Shown here piece after piece: positions 27,480 through 40,000 of a DNA stretch of 64,000 nucleotides. A model generated the notes under the pieces. It had not been told where the DNA came from. It did not search any database and saw only the letters and a list, made by a program, of their open reading frames with translations. The position numbers and the translations under genes are program-made. Location: NCBI GenBank assembly GCA_965637545.1, contig OZ281497.1, positions 19,840,001 to 19,904,000 of the forward strand, in the 5' to 3' direction. This stretch comes from Phallusia mammillata. Lineage: Eukaryota. Within the stretch, counting starts at the first letter, position 1. Every line of letters starts with the position of its first letter.

Positions 27480-29580
27480 GTAGGCGATGGATTTAACCAT
27501 TAAAAATTCGCCGGAGTTTTGTTGATGTCAAAAGTTCCTTTTAAAATTATTACAGATATGAGTAAAAATTTAGCAACGAAGTCAGAAACAGCTGTACGAT
27601 TTGATTTTACAAATTTTTGCTTCATAGAAATTTTAGTAATTAGAAAACAGCATTTAACCAGCATGTGTTTCCAAACTTTTGCAAACCGGCGGATTGGTCA
27701 TTTTGTTGATCTAAGTGTCGTTTTATTGCAAAATTACAGCTGTTGGGAATTTTCGAATAAGACGTATGCAATCTACTGACGAAAAAACTTAGGGTCAAAC
27801 TTGCCAATGGATCGTTTTGATACGTTTGAAATAATCCGGTCTGCTCCATAACAGACGCAACACCGCAGCTCAACTGGTCAGTTTGTTGTATTAAAGCGCG
27901 CGAGAAAACATTAATCCTGGAACCTGGGTTAGTAAGGTTATTTAAAAATGGCAAAATATGGGTCTGTATTGACTTAACGAGTTCGTTCTGGCTTTCTTTT
28001 GCTGAATCAAACAATTCAAGTTCCATTTTATCTTTACAAAACCATGTAAACATGAAATGATTATTCAAAATAACTGCAAAAATAAATTATTCTTAATTTG
28101 ACCGTCTGTTGACCGACAGATGGGTTGCATAACCCTCTTGTAAGTTTTTTAATGGCCTATCGTTTAAAATTTGTTCAGTGACGCAGCACTCCACCATCCC
28201 AAACTTCCAATCATGTATTTCCAATACTAACCGATCGGCGTATATAAGAATCCACGACATTACTATTTAGCCATCCGAAAGTGTCCTTTGTGACTACATG
28301 TGACAGAAGTGCATCGCGTGTTGAGTTTTTTGGTTCGATGCACAGTGAGCACAATTCTAACCATGTTGAACTGCGGTTGGGTGTTATTAAAGCCTGATTT
28401 ACAATTGATGCGTCAAAATATAATTTGTCAATGCTTTCATCATTTAACGCATTGATAAAACAAAGGAAAAATGCGCCAAAGTTGACAAACAACAAACAGA
28501 GTCCGGGTTAATAAATTGTTGCTTTTAGTACTAATATTTTGAAACCGAATTCGTTTTGCCAATTGTGGTGATGAGTAAAAGCATTTTGAGTTTCGTTTCC
28601 GTTTTCTAAATTGCGTCAAAACTAGAGGCGAGGATTTTTCGTCTGTTCCAGTGTTTGGCGTTTTTTTTTATTAAAATGCATCAAACTGTCAGCAAATTGT
28701 TTTCCTGAAACTTTATCGCTTTGTGATATAGTTGGACAAAGTCGTCTATTCGTGCTATTCTTTTACCGTCGGTATAATTTTGTTTCATGTCCCCGAAATG
28801 CTGTTCTATAATTCCTTGTGTGTTATTGTTTGTCAAAATGGTCTGAAATTGGGCACATTTTTAGCTGCATTCATGACATAATTGTAACAATTACCTTGTT
28901 TGTATTTGGACATTGGACAAAATTATTGTAATAACGATAGCCCAAGTTGCCCAAAAGCATGATGACATTTTTAATGACATGAAAATTTTAGATAATGATG
29001 CATCAATCAAGCAACTTGTATTGAATGTTTTTTACGCAAATCATTGTATTTAGTGCAAACTTGTCCCTCGTACCGCTTTTTGCATTTGTCAAGCTGTAAG
29101 TTTGTTGTACCGCAAGCTATTTGTTTCACGGTGGGGCTCGTTTGACTGAGTTTGGTAACCCAACCTTTCGCCGCCATGTTCCGATTTACCTTGCTTTCAG
29201 GTTGGTGTTAAGTCACGTTTTGTTTTGCCAAACGGTATAGGGCATTTGGTTTCACAGTTGTCTTCTCCGATTCTGTGCTTCTTTGAACTAGGTTCTATCA
29301 ATTAAAAGTTATAGGGAAACATACCAGCATATCGAGTTAGTGTCACAGATTTATCTAAGAACAACTTGCCATATCATGCAAGCTTGGTGGTAAACTTCAC
29401 GCACTGTGGTTCGAAACAGACTTTGGTGTGTTGCGGAAAAACACTCCGCTGGATGCCAAATGAACCATGGCAAGACGATAATTTACGTTAGTCAAAGAAT
29501 GGGTAACAAACCCAAGACCAGACCAGACGTCGAAGAAAAGGTGGATATGATAAAATAACCACAGTATATTGCAAATAGTC
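27480..29580 (-). mobile_element. Degenerate transposon-like ORF relic with a Ulp1/SENP (C48) protease domain followed by a USP (C19) Cys-box
   Basis: Minus strand: GWLNSNVVDSYI (about 28240-28275), ILNNHFMFTWF...LFDS (His/Asp, about 28010-28070), IQQTDQLSCGV (Cys 27865-27867), then AGLQKFGNTCWLNAVF*LL (Cys 27661-27663). Multiple stops and frameshifts, no introns. Part is repeated at 44663-45523. Confidence 0.65.
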
Positions 29581-29614
29581 TAAGGTATAAGTCGCATAAG
29601 GTAATTTTCAAACC

Positions 29615-32320
29615 GACAGAAAGGCTCTTAATAGGCTGGAAGTGTGAAAGTAAAAGTTGCACATTAACGTGATAGAGTTGCTATGGAAGTCCGATTCCAT
29701 ACAAAGATCGTTACAACCCACATATACGTCGTTGCACATATATAGGCGTGCATTTTAGCAAAATCAGACAACTTTTAGTCAGTTAAGTTTTGTTACAAGG
29801 GAGGCAGAAATTAAATGTGTCTGAGGATTTGTTATTAATGATACAGTTTTTAGGTAACTTTTTACAGCTTATTTTGTTGTAATTTAATACAACACCTAAG
29901 CAAAATGGCGGCAAAACTGAATGGAGTCTGGAAGATAAAGTCTTCCAACAATTTTAAAGGATACTTGAAAGCACTTGGTGCGTGTCTAACATTGTTCCAA
30001 CATTTTTTTCATTTCATAATCGTAATGATAACATCAATTGAGGATTTTCGAACCTGAGATTATTGAAAACTAAAACCAATACTCCACCATGTGTAGCCTT
30101 TTTGTATGGGTTAACAGAAGCAACCTATGGATGAACGTTGTAATCGCTAAAAAACAATTTCAAAACAAATGTGAGGTTTTGTACAATGTCGCAATGTCTG
30201 GTTTAAATAAGAAATCTCACCGAAATTTAATTGTTCCTACACTCTTGCAACCAAACCCGAAATACATTTGCAACAATACTGCATTGGGTGATACAAAAAC
30301 GTTCAACAAACACATTTGCACAGTTTAAGGTAAACCAGGATCAATAAACGAATCTTTAGGGTATGATAATGAAGTTTGGTTAACAAACACATCAAAATAG
30401 TAAAAGTCAACCAGTACATCAGTTAAAACATTTTTTAGGTGTCAACAAGGTCATGAGAAAGATGGGAAACTTGGCCAAACCCGTACTGACCGTGGGGATC
30501 AACGGCAAAGCTTTCTACATGAGAGCGAAAGCACCTTCGGCACACTGGAAACTCGCTGCACGACTGATAAGGAGTTTGATGAAGAGATGCCGGACGGACG
30601 AAAATGCAAGGTAAGGACACACAAATGGTGATACTATGCAAGCAACAGTATACATATCGCGTTTCGAAACCATAGTAGCTATTTAGCATGGCGGTCATAT
30701 GATAGGCTTATGTGTAGCTTTGTTTTAACGGTGATAATAATCACAATTTTTGGCGGGTTTTGTTGACATTTTATAGAGCCTGATTCCACAACGTCCATTT
30801 TGTAACTCTGATTTAGCTTGTTTTCAGATATTCACTGATACAAACATCGGACTGTACCAAAGTCAAAAGATTACTCCGTGGGCCTGTACGGTTGTAGGGT
30901 CAAAAGCTTTTGTGTCAGTAAAATCTTGAATCATTTAACCACTGATAAAAAGAGATTTAATAATTTATTCGATGGGCTTGTTTTGTTTTAGAGCTTATAC
31001 TGTTGGCAAGGGGAGAAACTGATTCAAACACAGAAATGGGGAGACAAGGAAACAACCGTTATTCGATACTGCGAAGGAGATCTGTTGCTCATGGTAAAAT
31101 TATAAATATGACAATGCGAAAATCAAAAAGTCTACAATTGGTAGTACCACCAATTTGGTACAAAAAACAGTCGTAAAAAAGGACATACTGAACAGTATTT
31201 GTCAGTAGCACTTTGTTCACACCAACTGATTTGCTATCTTTCTAGTTGTGAAAAATATGCAGAATTTTGCATGTAGTGGTTATGTCATTCAGCTGCTTTA
31301 CCAATATGTTTGCAACATAACAATGTTTTGCCCTCGTGTGAATTCAATCAATGACTAGTGATAATCAGGAAAAAACATATACACCTATAATTTTCAAAAA
31401 AAGCAAAAAAGATTTGCTTTGTTTTTCAGGAGCTCAAATTTGGAGATGTCATGGCAAAAAGAGTTTACGAGAAAAAGTAAAGAACTCGTATTGTATCAAA
31501 TAGCAAGCAACCCTCTTTCACCAAGAAAAAAAAAACCTTATTATTAAGAGCACAAATTCGATCCTTCTAAAGTTCGTTTCTGTTTCCAAATGTTTTTGCA
31601 ACTTTTAAAGTCAAGAACCCACTCGAAAATTTTTGGTGGTTGTCTGGGATTGTTTTTGTTTTCTTATGTCCTGGCGGCAGAAAACACCCAGAAAACGGAT
31701 TTCAACCAATATTCAAATAACAGGACTCGATAACCCACGGTTTTTTTCGGTGTCCTTGCTGTTTACTTAACTGCTCAACAATGGAACTGTGATGATGATG
31801 TGACAATGCAAATAAAATCTTGACTTGACTTGACCATGTAAAAATCGTTTGAAACAATATTTCAAATCTCACTACAATTTCGAAACTTTTTAAATGCATA
31901 TAATATACGCCCGCAATCACATTTTCTTGTCAATAAAGTGGAGCCCAATTAAGCACCCGAGTTTAATGCTTTACCAATACTTTAAGATGTTAAGATACGT
32001 AATATAAATTAACACCTCAATTTCTTTGGATATTTTTGATATGGCTGTATCACTTAGTTTGAAAATGAAAGATAGGTCGATAAGTTATCTCATCGCGCCC
32101 CTTGTGGTACGATACACCAAACTTGGTTTGTTTTGCGTTCAGACGAAGCCCGACTGATCAGCAATTTACCACAAGGGTCATCATAAACTCTCTAGCTTAT
32201 TCTGCTATTAAAAACAGGCCTAATTTTGCAGGTAATATTTCGTAACTAAATTTTTACTTAAAATACGACGCTACAAAATTAAAATTATAGTAGAGTGTCT
32301 TGAGCCCTGTTAAGTCATAT
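29615..32320 (+). repeat. Segmental duplication unit B (contains iLBP-3)
   Basis: Colinear copy of 24678-27447. Confidence 0.9.
29905..31480 (+). pseudogene. iLBP/FABP-like 3, frameshifted duplicate of iLBP-2; exons 29905-29977, 30439-30610, 30992-31093, 31430-31480
   Basis: Exon 2 is 172 nt vs 173 (ATGAGAGCG at about 30519 vs ATGAAGAGCG in iLBP-2), shifting the frame; exon 1 donor weakened to GTGCGT. A single-base assembly error cannot be excluded. Confidence 0.8.
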
Positions 32321-32674
32321 TTTCCTCTGTTAACGACAATGTTTCTTTAAGCTGAGTGCGACTGTGCGAGTACTACACACATCGTAACATAGCTTAACAA
32401 TAGCGCACTATTTACTCAGAATAGTAAATTACAGTGGTTAACACAAAAGCAGTGTAGCTCGGATTTCACTTAACTGCGAGAAAACGAGCCGTTGGCAGTT
32501 GCATTAGCTTGCCCAGTTACACAATTGATGTTTACTTATTGCTCGTGCTCGGTTGTGCATGACACCAACACGATCTGTGCTATTAACTAGTCGAATTGCA
32601 CCGCTGGCATTTTGTGTTTGTAGCAGTCACTGCAGACCAGAAGGATAGTTTTGTGTGATAAGTTACAGCTTTCA

Positions 32675-33752
32675 ATGGAGCGGCGCGAAAAGTTAAACGG
32701 TAGATGGAACTTTGTATCTTCAGAAGGTTTCGATGACTACATGAAAGCAATAGGTAAGTTGCAATACATATACGGTGTAACACATTAATGTACCTATTCG
32801 GGATAAAACACTACACATTACCAAATAAATCATTCTATCACTTACCATAGCAACACTGTTGATGTAACATAGGTAGTTTCCTTGACTAATATCAAATTTA
32901 ATACATTACTTTACTTGCTGTTCAGGAGTGAACTTTGCCATTCGAAAACTGGCTGGTCTTGGCAGACCTGATATTGTCATGGAAGTTAAAGGTGACCAGT
33001 TTACATATACGAGCATAAGCACCGCTCGTACGACGGAAATCAAGTGCACAATTGGCAAAGAATTCCAAGAAACTATGCCTGATAAGAGCGTTACCAAGGT
33101 GTGTGTTTTCTGTTTGTCTTAAGCAACAAAACTGATAACAGCGAGTTACGGCTGGAAAGACAAAATGCAAGTGCTGTAAATGAAAGTATTGTGTCTTTAT
33201 TTATCACAACTGCCCCATAACTGTAACATCCTGAGTTACCCATGTATTTATTTGAAGGTAATTTACATTATACATGGTATAAAACCAAGTGTAGCGTAAA
33301 ATAGCTTGTTATTTAGAAAAGAAACTGTAAGTTATCTATGCTGTAACAACCGCTGAGGCGAGACCGCTACGCACGATTGCGCTTGGCTGCACGCAACTGA
33401 TCATTCGTCACATTTTTACCGTTTTAAAGTTATTTGTTGCATTTCACGACATGCACATTTTTCATGAACTTTTTTGCGCCCAAATGTTGTACCTTATCAA
33501 GCCTTACGTTGTTTATTGCAGTCAGTGATGAACTGGGATGGACATAAGCTTATCCATAGGCAGGAATGGGACGGGCGTCTTTCTGTAACTGAGAGATACG
33601 TTGACGATGACGACATGTTTGTTTTGGTATGAACTGTGAAGATTTAATGAGGGGGTAAACCCATCAACATTGGTAGCTAATGGCATTTTTATGTTCAGGA
33701 ATTTACCTGTGACAACGCCAAGTGTACGAGGAAATTTAAGCGGCAGTCTTAA
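32675..33752 (+). CDS. iLBP 4, CRBP2-like C-terminus; exons 32675-32753, 32926-33098, 33522-33626, 33699-33752
   Basis: [36 protein letters not shown]...SVMNWDGHKL...EFTCDNAKCTRKFKRQS*; all splice sites canonical and in frame. Confidence 0.93.
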
Positions 33753-34168
33753 CCCCCGCGGCTAACATTTCAGTGATTTCCATCTGGACGTGTTTTGACA
33801 GCTCTTTTTCGCGCGTTTAATTGTAACTTTCGCTTTGAAAAAAATCAATACAACTGTGATTGTCGTGCTTACTCAGCCATAGCAGCGAGGCTTAGGGCGG
33901 GGACAATTAAAACAAACTGGAGAAAGGTTAAATTTGTAACTCAAGTAGCTTCAAAAAGTCGCCTTATTGTACCCAACAAGCAATTGTTTAGATTGTCGAA
34001 ACCGGTAGCATGCTGGTTAATAGTGACAGTGAGTTGAAGACGATACTCGTTTATCAACAACGCGACTTTCGCTAACTGACAGCTGTTTTACGTTTTGTTG
34101 ACTTTAGTGGTTCCAAATGTTTGCTAACTTGGTTGGTTGATGGAAACGGACAGTTTAGGTAGTAGAAC

Positions 34169-35270
34169 ATGGCACAAGAAAAATTGAATGGGGTTTGGAA
34201 ATTAAAGACTTCAGAAAACTTCGATGGATACATGAAAGCAATTGGTAAGCACAAGTTTCATTTACAATGTACCAGCCTACCAGTACAGTCGTTAGTTGTC
34301 TGGGCGTGACTAGAAAACCTTGGCGACGTCTAGGTTAATCTTGCCAAGAATGTGACGCCTTGATATGACTTTCAAATAGTGTCTCGTGACTTGTGATTTT
34401 TTAAAGTCGAATTTAACGCAGACTTTAACTTTAAAATAACCAAAAAGTTTTCTTTCCTTTACGTGACTCAAGTGTATAAAAACGGGGTTGTTGTTGCCTT
34501 TATATTACTGATCATGACATGAGCATTTGCCAAAACGTTTAAAATATAAAGCATGTCGCTTTTTACGTCTATTTGGGCGGTTATTTTCAACACTAAACCA
34601 AAAAAGTGTCTCAAGTATGTTTACTTTTTTAACATACAAGGAAAACCTGACAAAGCCATCCAATTTTACAAAATGAGAAAAGGCGTATTTTAAAATTGCA
34701 GGTGTGAACATGGCGAAACGAGCATTGGCAAAAGTCCTAAAACCGACACTGACACTGGAAATCACAGACAAGTCCTTGTTTTTGAAAAATGTCAACGCAA
34801 TACGCAGCATGGAAATTCGTTGCACGCTTAATGAAGAATGGGACGAGCACACGCCAGATGGTCGAAACTGCAAGGTACCAATTTGACACATGTCTCCCTA
34901 CAACGCTCTGAATAGAAAAACAGCATGTTTATGATATCCATAGAGCATCGTGTACTGGGAAGGAGAAAAACTTGTGCAATTGCAAAAATGGGATAACAAG
35001 CAGGTGGAAATCACAAGGTTCATGGAAGGAGACACACTTATAGTGGTTTGTATTTTGGTTTGTTTCAAACGCCACATTTATGTTGCATATCAATATCATA
35101 GACCAATCTGATGCGTTTGAGAGATGTATGTTGTAAAACTAATTGAATGCACACATCAGTATGTAGGCTACAGCTTATGAGTGTAAAAAAGTGACGACAA
35201 ATAGATACATATTTTTTAGAAACTCGTCGTGGGAGATATCGTGGCACGGCTAATCTACGAAAAAAATTGA
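34169..35270 (+). CDS. iLBP/FABP-like 5; exons 34169-34244, 34702-34874, 34944-35045, 35220-35270
   Basis: [32 protein letters not shown]...HTPDGRNCK-SIVYWEGEKL...KLVVGDIVARLIYEKN*. Confidence 0.93.
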
Positions 35271-35922
35271 CTACGTACATCCTCGTGTGGTGGTTATAAA
35301 CATCAATTTAACTTCAGCGAATCTTCAAGTCTTCAAACGCTATTTTAAAAAAGATTTATTTGCCTTAATACAGTTTTTAAACTTTGTCACACCTGAAAAA
35401 GTTTCTTTTTCCCTTTAACCTGTTGTACTTCAAAAAATCCAGTTTGTCTCCGCTAGCCTCAAAACAGACTGGGACGAACAGTCGGGAAATCCCCGCCGGC
35501 GAAACAATAGTTTCTCTTTAGCCTTGACAGCGGCGTACCAAGCAATTTAAAACTGACAAAGCGAGGCACATCGGCTACTAGGGTAGCGATTACAGTCAGT
35601 ACAGTTGCTTTTCAAATTTTCTGTATAAGTTCCACTTTAGCTATTTTGCGTAGCGTACATCAGTTTCAGTTCACAGTTGGTGCAACTGCACTGCAGCCAA
35701 AATATAAATGGTACTGGACGTTTTAACTTAACCTAAAAATGTTGTATTCTACTTTCAGAAGCGTAACTAGCGTTTCGGTTCAAAATGTAAGCAAGATTAG
35801 TATCATTTAAAAATTGTAACTAACTGGCGGTGGTGATCCAACAGCTTATGTGCTGATTTAAGTTTCCAGTGCGACGCGAATTGGTTTTGCACGGTAACCG
35901 TGTCACCGGAGCATAACCAGGA

Positions 35923-36394
35923 ATGGGTGACGTCACCATAGAAGCGGAAATCAAAGCTTGTCTTGATGAAAAGCACCCCGATCCATGGCTAGCACGTGAC
36001 TTGGCAAAAAAGTTGTCAAGTGACAAAAAGACAATAAACCGAGTAAGTATAGCGATAAGTTGTTTTAAACTATAAATGTTAACTAAAACAACCTGATATG
36101 TTAACTGTATCACAGGTTTTGTACGACATGTTGAAAAGGAACATTGTTCAGAAAACCCCAATTAATCCGCCACGATGGAACCTTAAAAAGGAAGTTGAGC
36201 AAAACACAGTGACAGAGAATACAAGACAAACAAACGCCAGCCCGCGTGCAAGCACACACCTTTCCGCTGCGGTTACTGACAAAGAGAAAACTCCTGAGAA
36301 AAACAACAAATCTAAATTGCCGCAGATAGAAGCTCCTAAAATGGTTACGTCAATGTATTTTAATGACAAGTTTCCCGAAAGTCTTGCTAATTGA
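35923..36394 (+). CDS. Z-alpha domain exons (35923-36042, 36116-about 36343/36394): ADAR1 N-terminus or stand-alone Z-alpha protein
   Basis: MGDVTIEAEIKACL...LARDLAKKLSSDKKTINR|VLYDMLKRNIVQKTPINPPRW, with intact N-x-x-L-Y and P-P-x-W Z-DNA/RNA-binding residues. The splice link to the downstream ADAR exons could not be resolved. Confidence 0.8.
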
Positions 36395-37085
36395 CAAATA
36401 GTATTGCAATGCATTTTGCTGTTTTACATTTTAAACTGTTTGTTTTCATAGCGGTCAAACAATCTTTAAACAACAATCCTGTACAAAATCCCATTACTGC
36501 GGCAATAAATCTTTGTTGTTTGTGTTGTTTCTTGTTTAGGATGAATTCGCTAATATGCAGCATTGATATTTTATGCAATTAGTTATGGCTTTTGTGATGG
36601 TAATGTACAACTGCGTTAGCAATACACAGAGAATATGTCAATGGAGACTAACATACTCTCAGTGAAGTTGGTAGAGCGCTTACACAGTGAAGTTTTATAA
36701 TAAATTGAAATATTTTTCTGGACCTTGGGCATGAAATAAAGGCATTTTTAATGTATCATATGCTTGAGTCATTGTACATATACTTTATAGATTTTTGTTT
36801 TTATTGTTAAGGTGTATTCAAATTGTCAAAACTAATCGTGCGTTGGGTGATTTTGTATCAAAAGAAAATAAATTATGTGTGTTTTTCACCGTGTGGCGAA
36901 ACCATGTTCGAAAATGTGTGTTAGCTCAGGGACTTCCCCCTAAACGCGAATTTAGTTCCGTCGACAAGAAATTTGTTTTGTTGTTTTCTTCACCCATGTT
37001 AACCCAAATAAAAGTACGATTGTCTGACAGATGACCAGCTCTAACCAATTTATCCTAACTAAGATTATTGTGGTAAAGCTTAGCA

Positions 37086-40000
37086 ATGGAAACCAACAGT
37101 AAAGAGCCAGACATTGAAAGTAAAATTGTCAAGACATTGGAAAGGTTAGGTTGTAGAAAAAACGTCTTTATTTAAACATCAGTACCTTATAAAATTAACT
37201 TTGTTCTGTTTGTGTCAAACTCTATTGTTGTTGTGAAAAATTAGATTTTATTTAACAAGGTAATGGTACAGTAATCAAGTATTCCTTGCGTTAGACAATG
37301 GTTGATTTGATTGGTATGAACATGGAATTCAATCAAAAAACAGGGGTTTGAAAGCTTTTAAATGCTGCATTCCAATTTACTTGTAATGCTAAAGTCGCAA
37401 TGACTTTTCAGACTAGCATTTTTGAGTGCAATAGTGTTTTGTTGCCAACTTATGTTAATAGTAATAAGAAAGCAGGCAGACTTAAATTCACAGGTTGCGC
37501 TGTTGATACTGTTGGCCCATTAATAACTGAAAACAAACCAAGTAGAAATTCTATTAAACTGCCTTTTAATATGAAGACAGAAATTACTATACAGGTCATT
37601 AAAAAACCTTGCATGGTCGCCTACTCCTGGTATAGATCATTTGCCTTTGGGTTAATAAATATTGTTTACACTTTGCTGTTTCAGAGTGCCTTACAAGATA
37701 TTTTAGTAATTATTTAAACTTGTGCAGGTCCAATCCTACGCCACAGTCAACACCAAAACTGATACATGAGTTAAAAGGATTTTCTCCAAATAGGGTGACA
37801 ACAACATTACAAAAGTATGTGAAATGTTGTTGTACTTTTTTGTATTTTTTGGGAAATGTGTTCATATTAACCTGTAAAATCTAAATTCCACCGTTTAATA
37901 TATGTGTTGTGTTTCAATACAGCTCTCACATGCACAATTGCTTAATTTCAGCATGAAAAGAAATCATTCTATAGAACTGTTTTCTCATCGTCCACAAACT
38001 TGGGGTCTGAATCGACCAAGGACAACTCAAAGAGCAAGAAGACCGGTGCAACATTCCGGTATAAAACAACTAGTAATAAGTTGTAGTGTATGTCATTTCA
38101 TAAGTCTGTTTTCTAGGAAATGCAAATCAAATTGAACTGCTTTGTAAAATATATGAATCTAAGCAACCAGAAGTTCCAGTTCAACAGCTTGTTAAGTCAA
38201 CACCATACTCCAAGAAGCACATTAACCATGTATGTTTGTTGATGTTTCAAACATATAAGCATTTGCATTTTGACATATACTTTACCATTTTCAGCATTTA
38301 TATGATATGCAAAAGAAAAACCTAATCAAGAGGACTCAAGGCAACCCACCAAAATGGTATCTCCTCCCCAAAGGAAAGGAAAAATGCAGGTCCTATTTCT
38401 CGGAGGGGCAGCCAACCAACAACCAAATCATGCCAGAAAACAGTTCATTTGTGCCACAGTCTAACGCTCCTCCAACAGAGTCTGCACCTGTAAATGTTGT
38501 GCACATGCAAATGCCATCTGAGCCTGGTACAAACAGTAGCAGTTTATCTGAGGCACAGCAACATTTCACAGCTGCTACAGACACTTTATTGCCACCATCC
38601 TTTTTTGCATTAAAACACCAACAACCTGCACCATCATTGCATGAAGAATCTGAGAATAATAATCTACAGTACTTTCCTGCAGAGTTCAATTTTCCTCAGA
38701 CATCTGTACCCCCTGCAGAACTGGTAGAGAACAAACCTACTGTGGAAATGAATACTGATGGTAAGTTAGTAGATTCCTGTGTATATGACAAAATGTATGA
38801 CATTCTTTTGTTTGATGTAGTTGAGGGCAGGTTATGTGAGCAAGCCAACAATTCCCTCTTGTTGTCACCGGATATGGCTGCGGCAGGTGAAAAGAATGCA
38901 GTATCAATGTTAAATGAGCATGCCCAAAGCAATAAGCTTAAACTGGCCTACAAAGTTTCTGATGATGGGCCACCTCACAAAAGAAGGTATAAATTTGGTC
39001 AAAACAAATAGATTAAATAAAATGGTTTAAATTTATTTCTGGATGTGTTTCCATCCTTAGGTTTATGACTGTAGTGCAGTTAGGAAATAACTTTTATCCA
39101 CCTGTGGAAGGAAACTCAAAAAAGGAGTCAAAGTTGCATGCTGCTCAAATGGTGATGAACAGTTTATTTCCTACTTCATCAAATCTGCCTTCAACTTCTC
39201 AGCAACCTGAACCACCCAATGTGCCATCCCAGGAACAAGCAGAAGTAACTGACCAATGTTACTATGGCAATAAAACAAACAATGATTTACACCTTTTTAT
39301 CTTTAGATGGAAAGTGCTGACCCAAATATGCTCATATCTCCCAATAAAAATGCAGTGTCAATTGTAAATGAGTATGCCCAAGCTAACAGGCTGCTGATCA
39401 ATTTTGACTGTAAAATCCATGGACCAGATCACAAAAGAAGGTAACAACTCTGACAGCACTAAACTAGTCTTCAGCATCGGACACATAGACAGTTAATGAC
39501 ATAGTTTGTGTAAAGTTTCTCACTTGTTTCACTGCCCAATTTCCCCCCTCAATCATGTAGATGTACATTAACTTGGTAAAATGGCTCAATGTAGTATAAA
39601 AAAATTGTTCGATTTAAGTGTTGTAAATGGTACTTGTTAGTATACAATGTAATTTTGTTAAAGTTCTTCTTTTTTGCAGGTTCTTGACCACTTTAACTCT
39701 AGACAAACAAATTATAGCAAAGGTTGAGGGATCATCAAAAAAAGAATCAAAGCTTAAAGCTGCAGAGGCTGCTGTGCAAAAACTTCATGAGCAAGGCAAA
39801 CTGAAGTCCGTTCTTGGTGCCAACACACCAGAAGTAAGATTTTTCCTAATAATCTAAACATATCTTTTCCGTTTTCCCTATTTGAGTTGATGTTATTTCG
39901 TCGGGAAAAATCGTAGCAGCACATTTGCGTTCAAATATTCACCAGGCCGGCAATAGCTGCGCGTTGAGGGAAAAATTGGTGGATAGATGGTAGACGCGCT

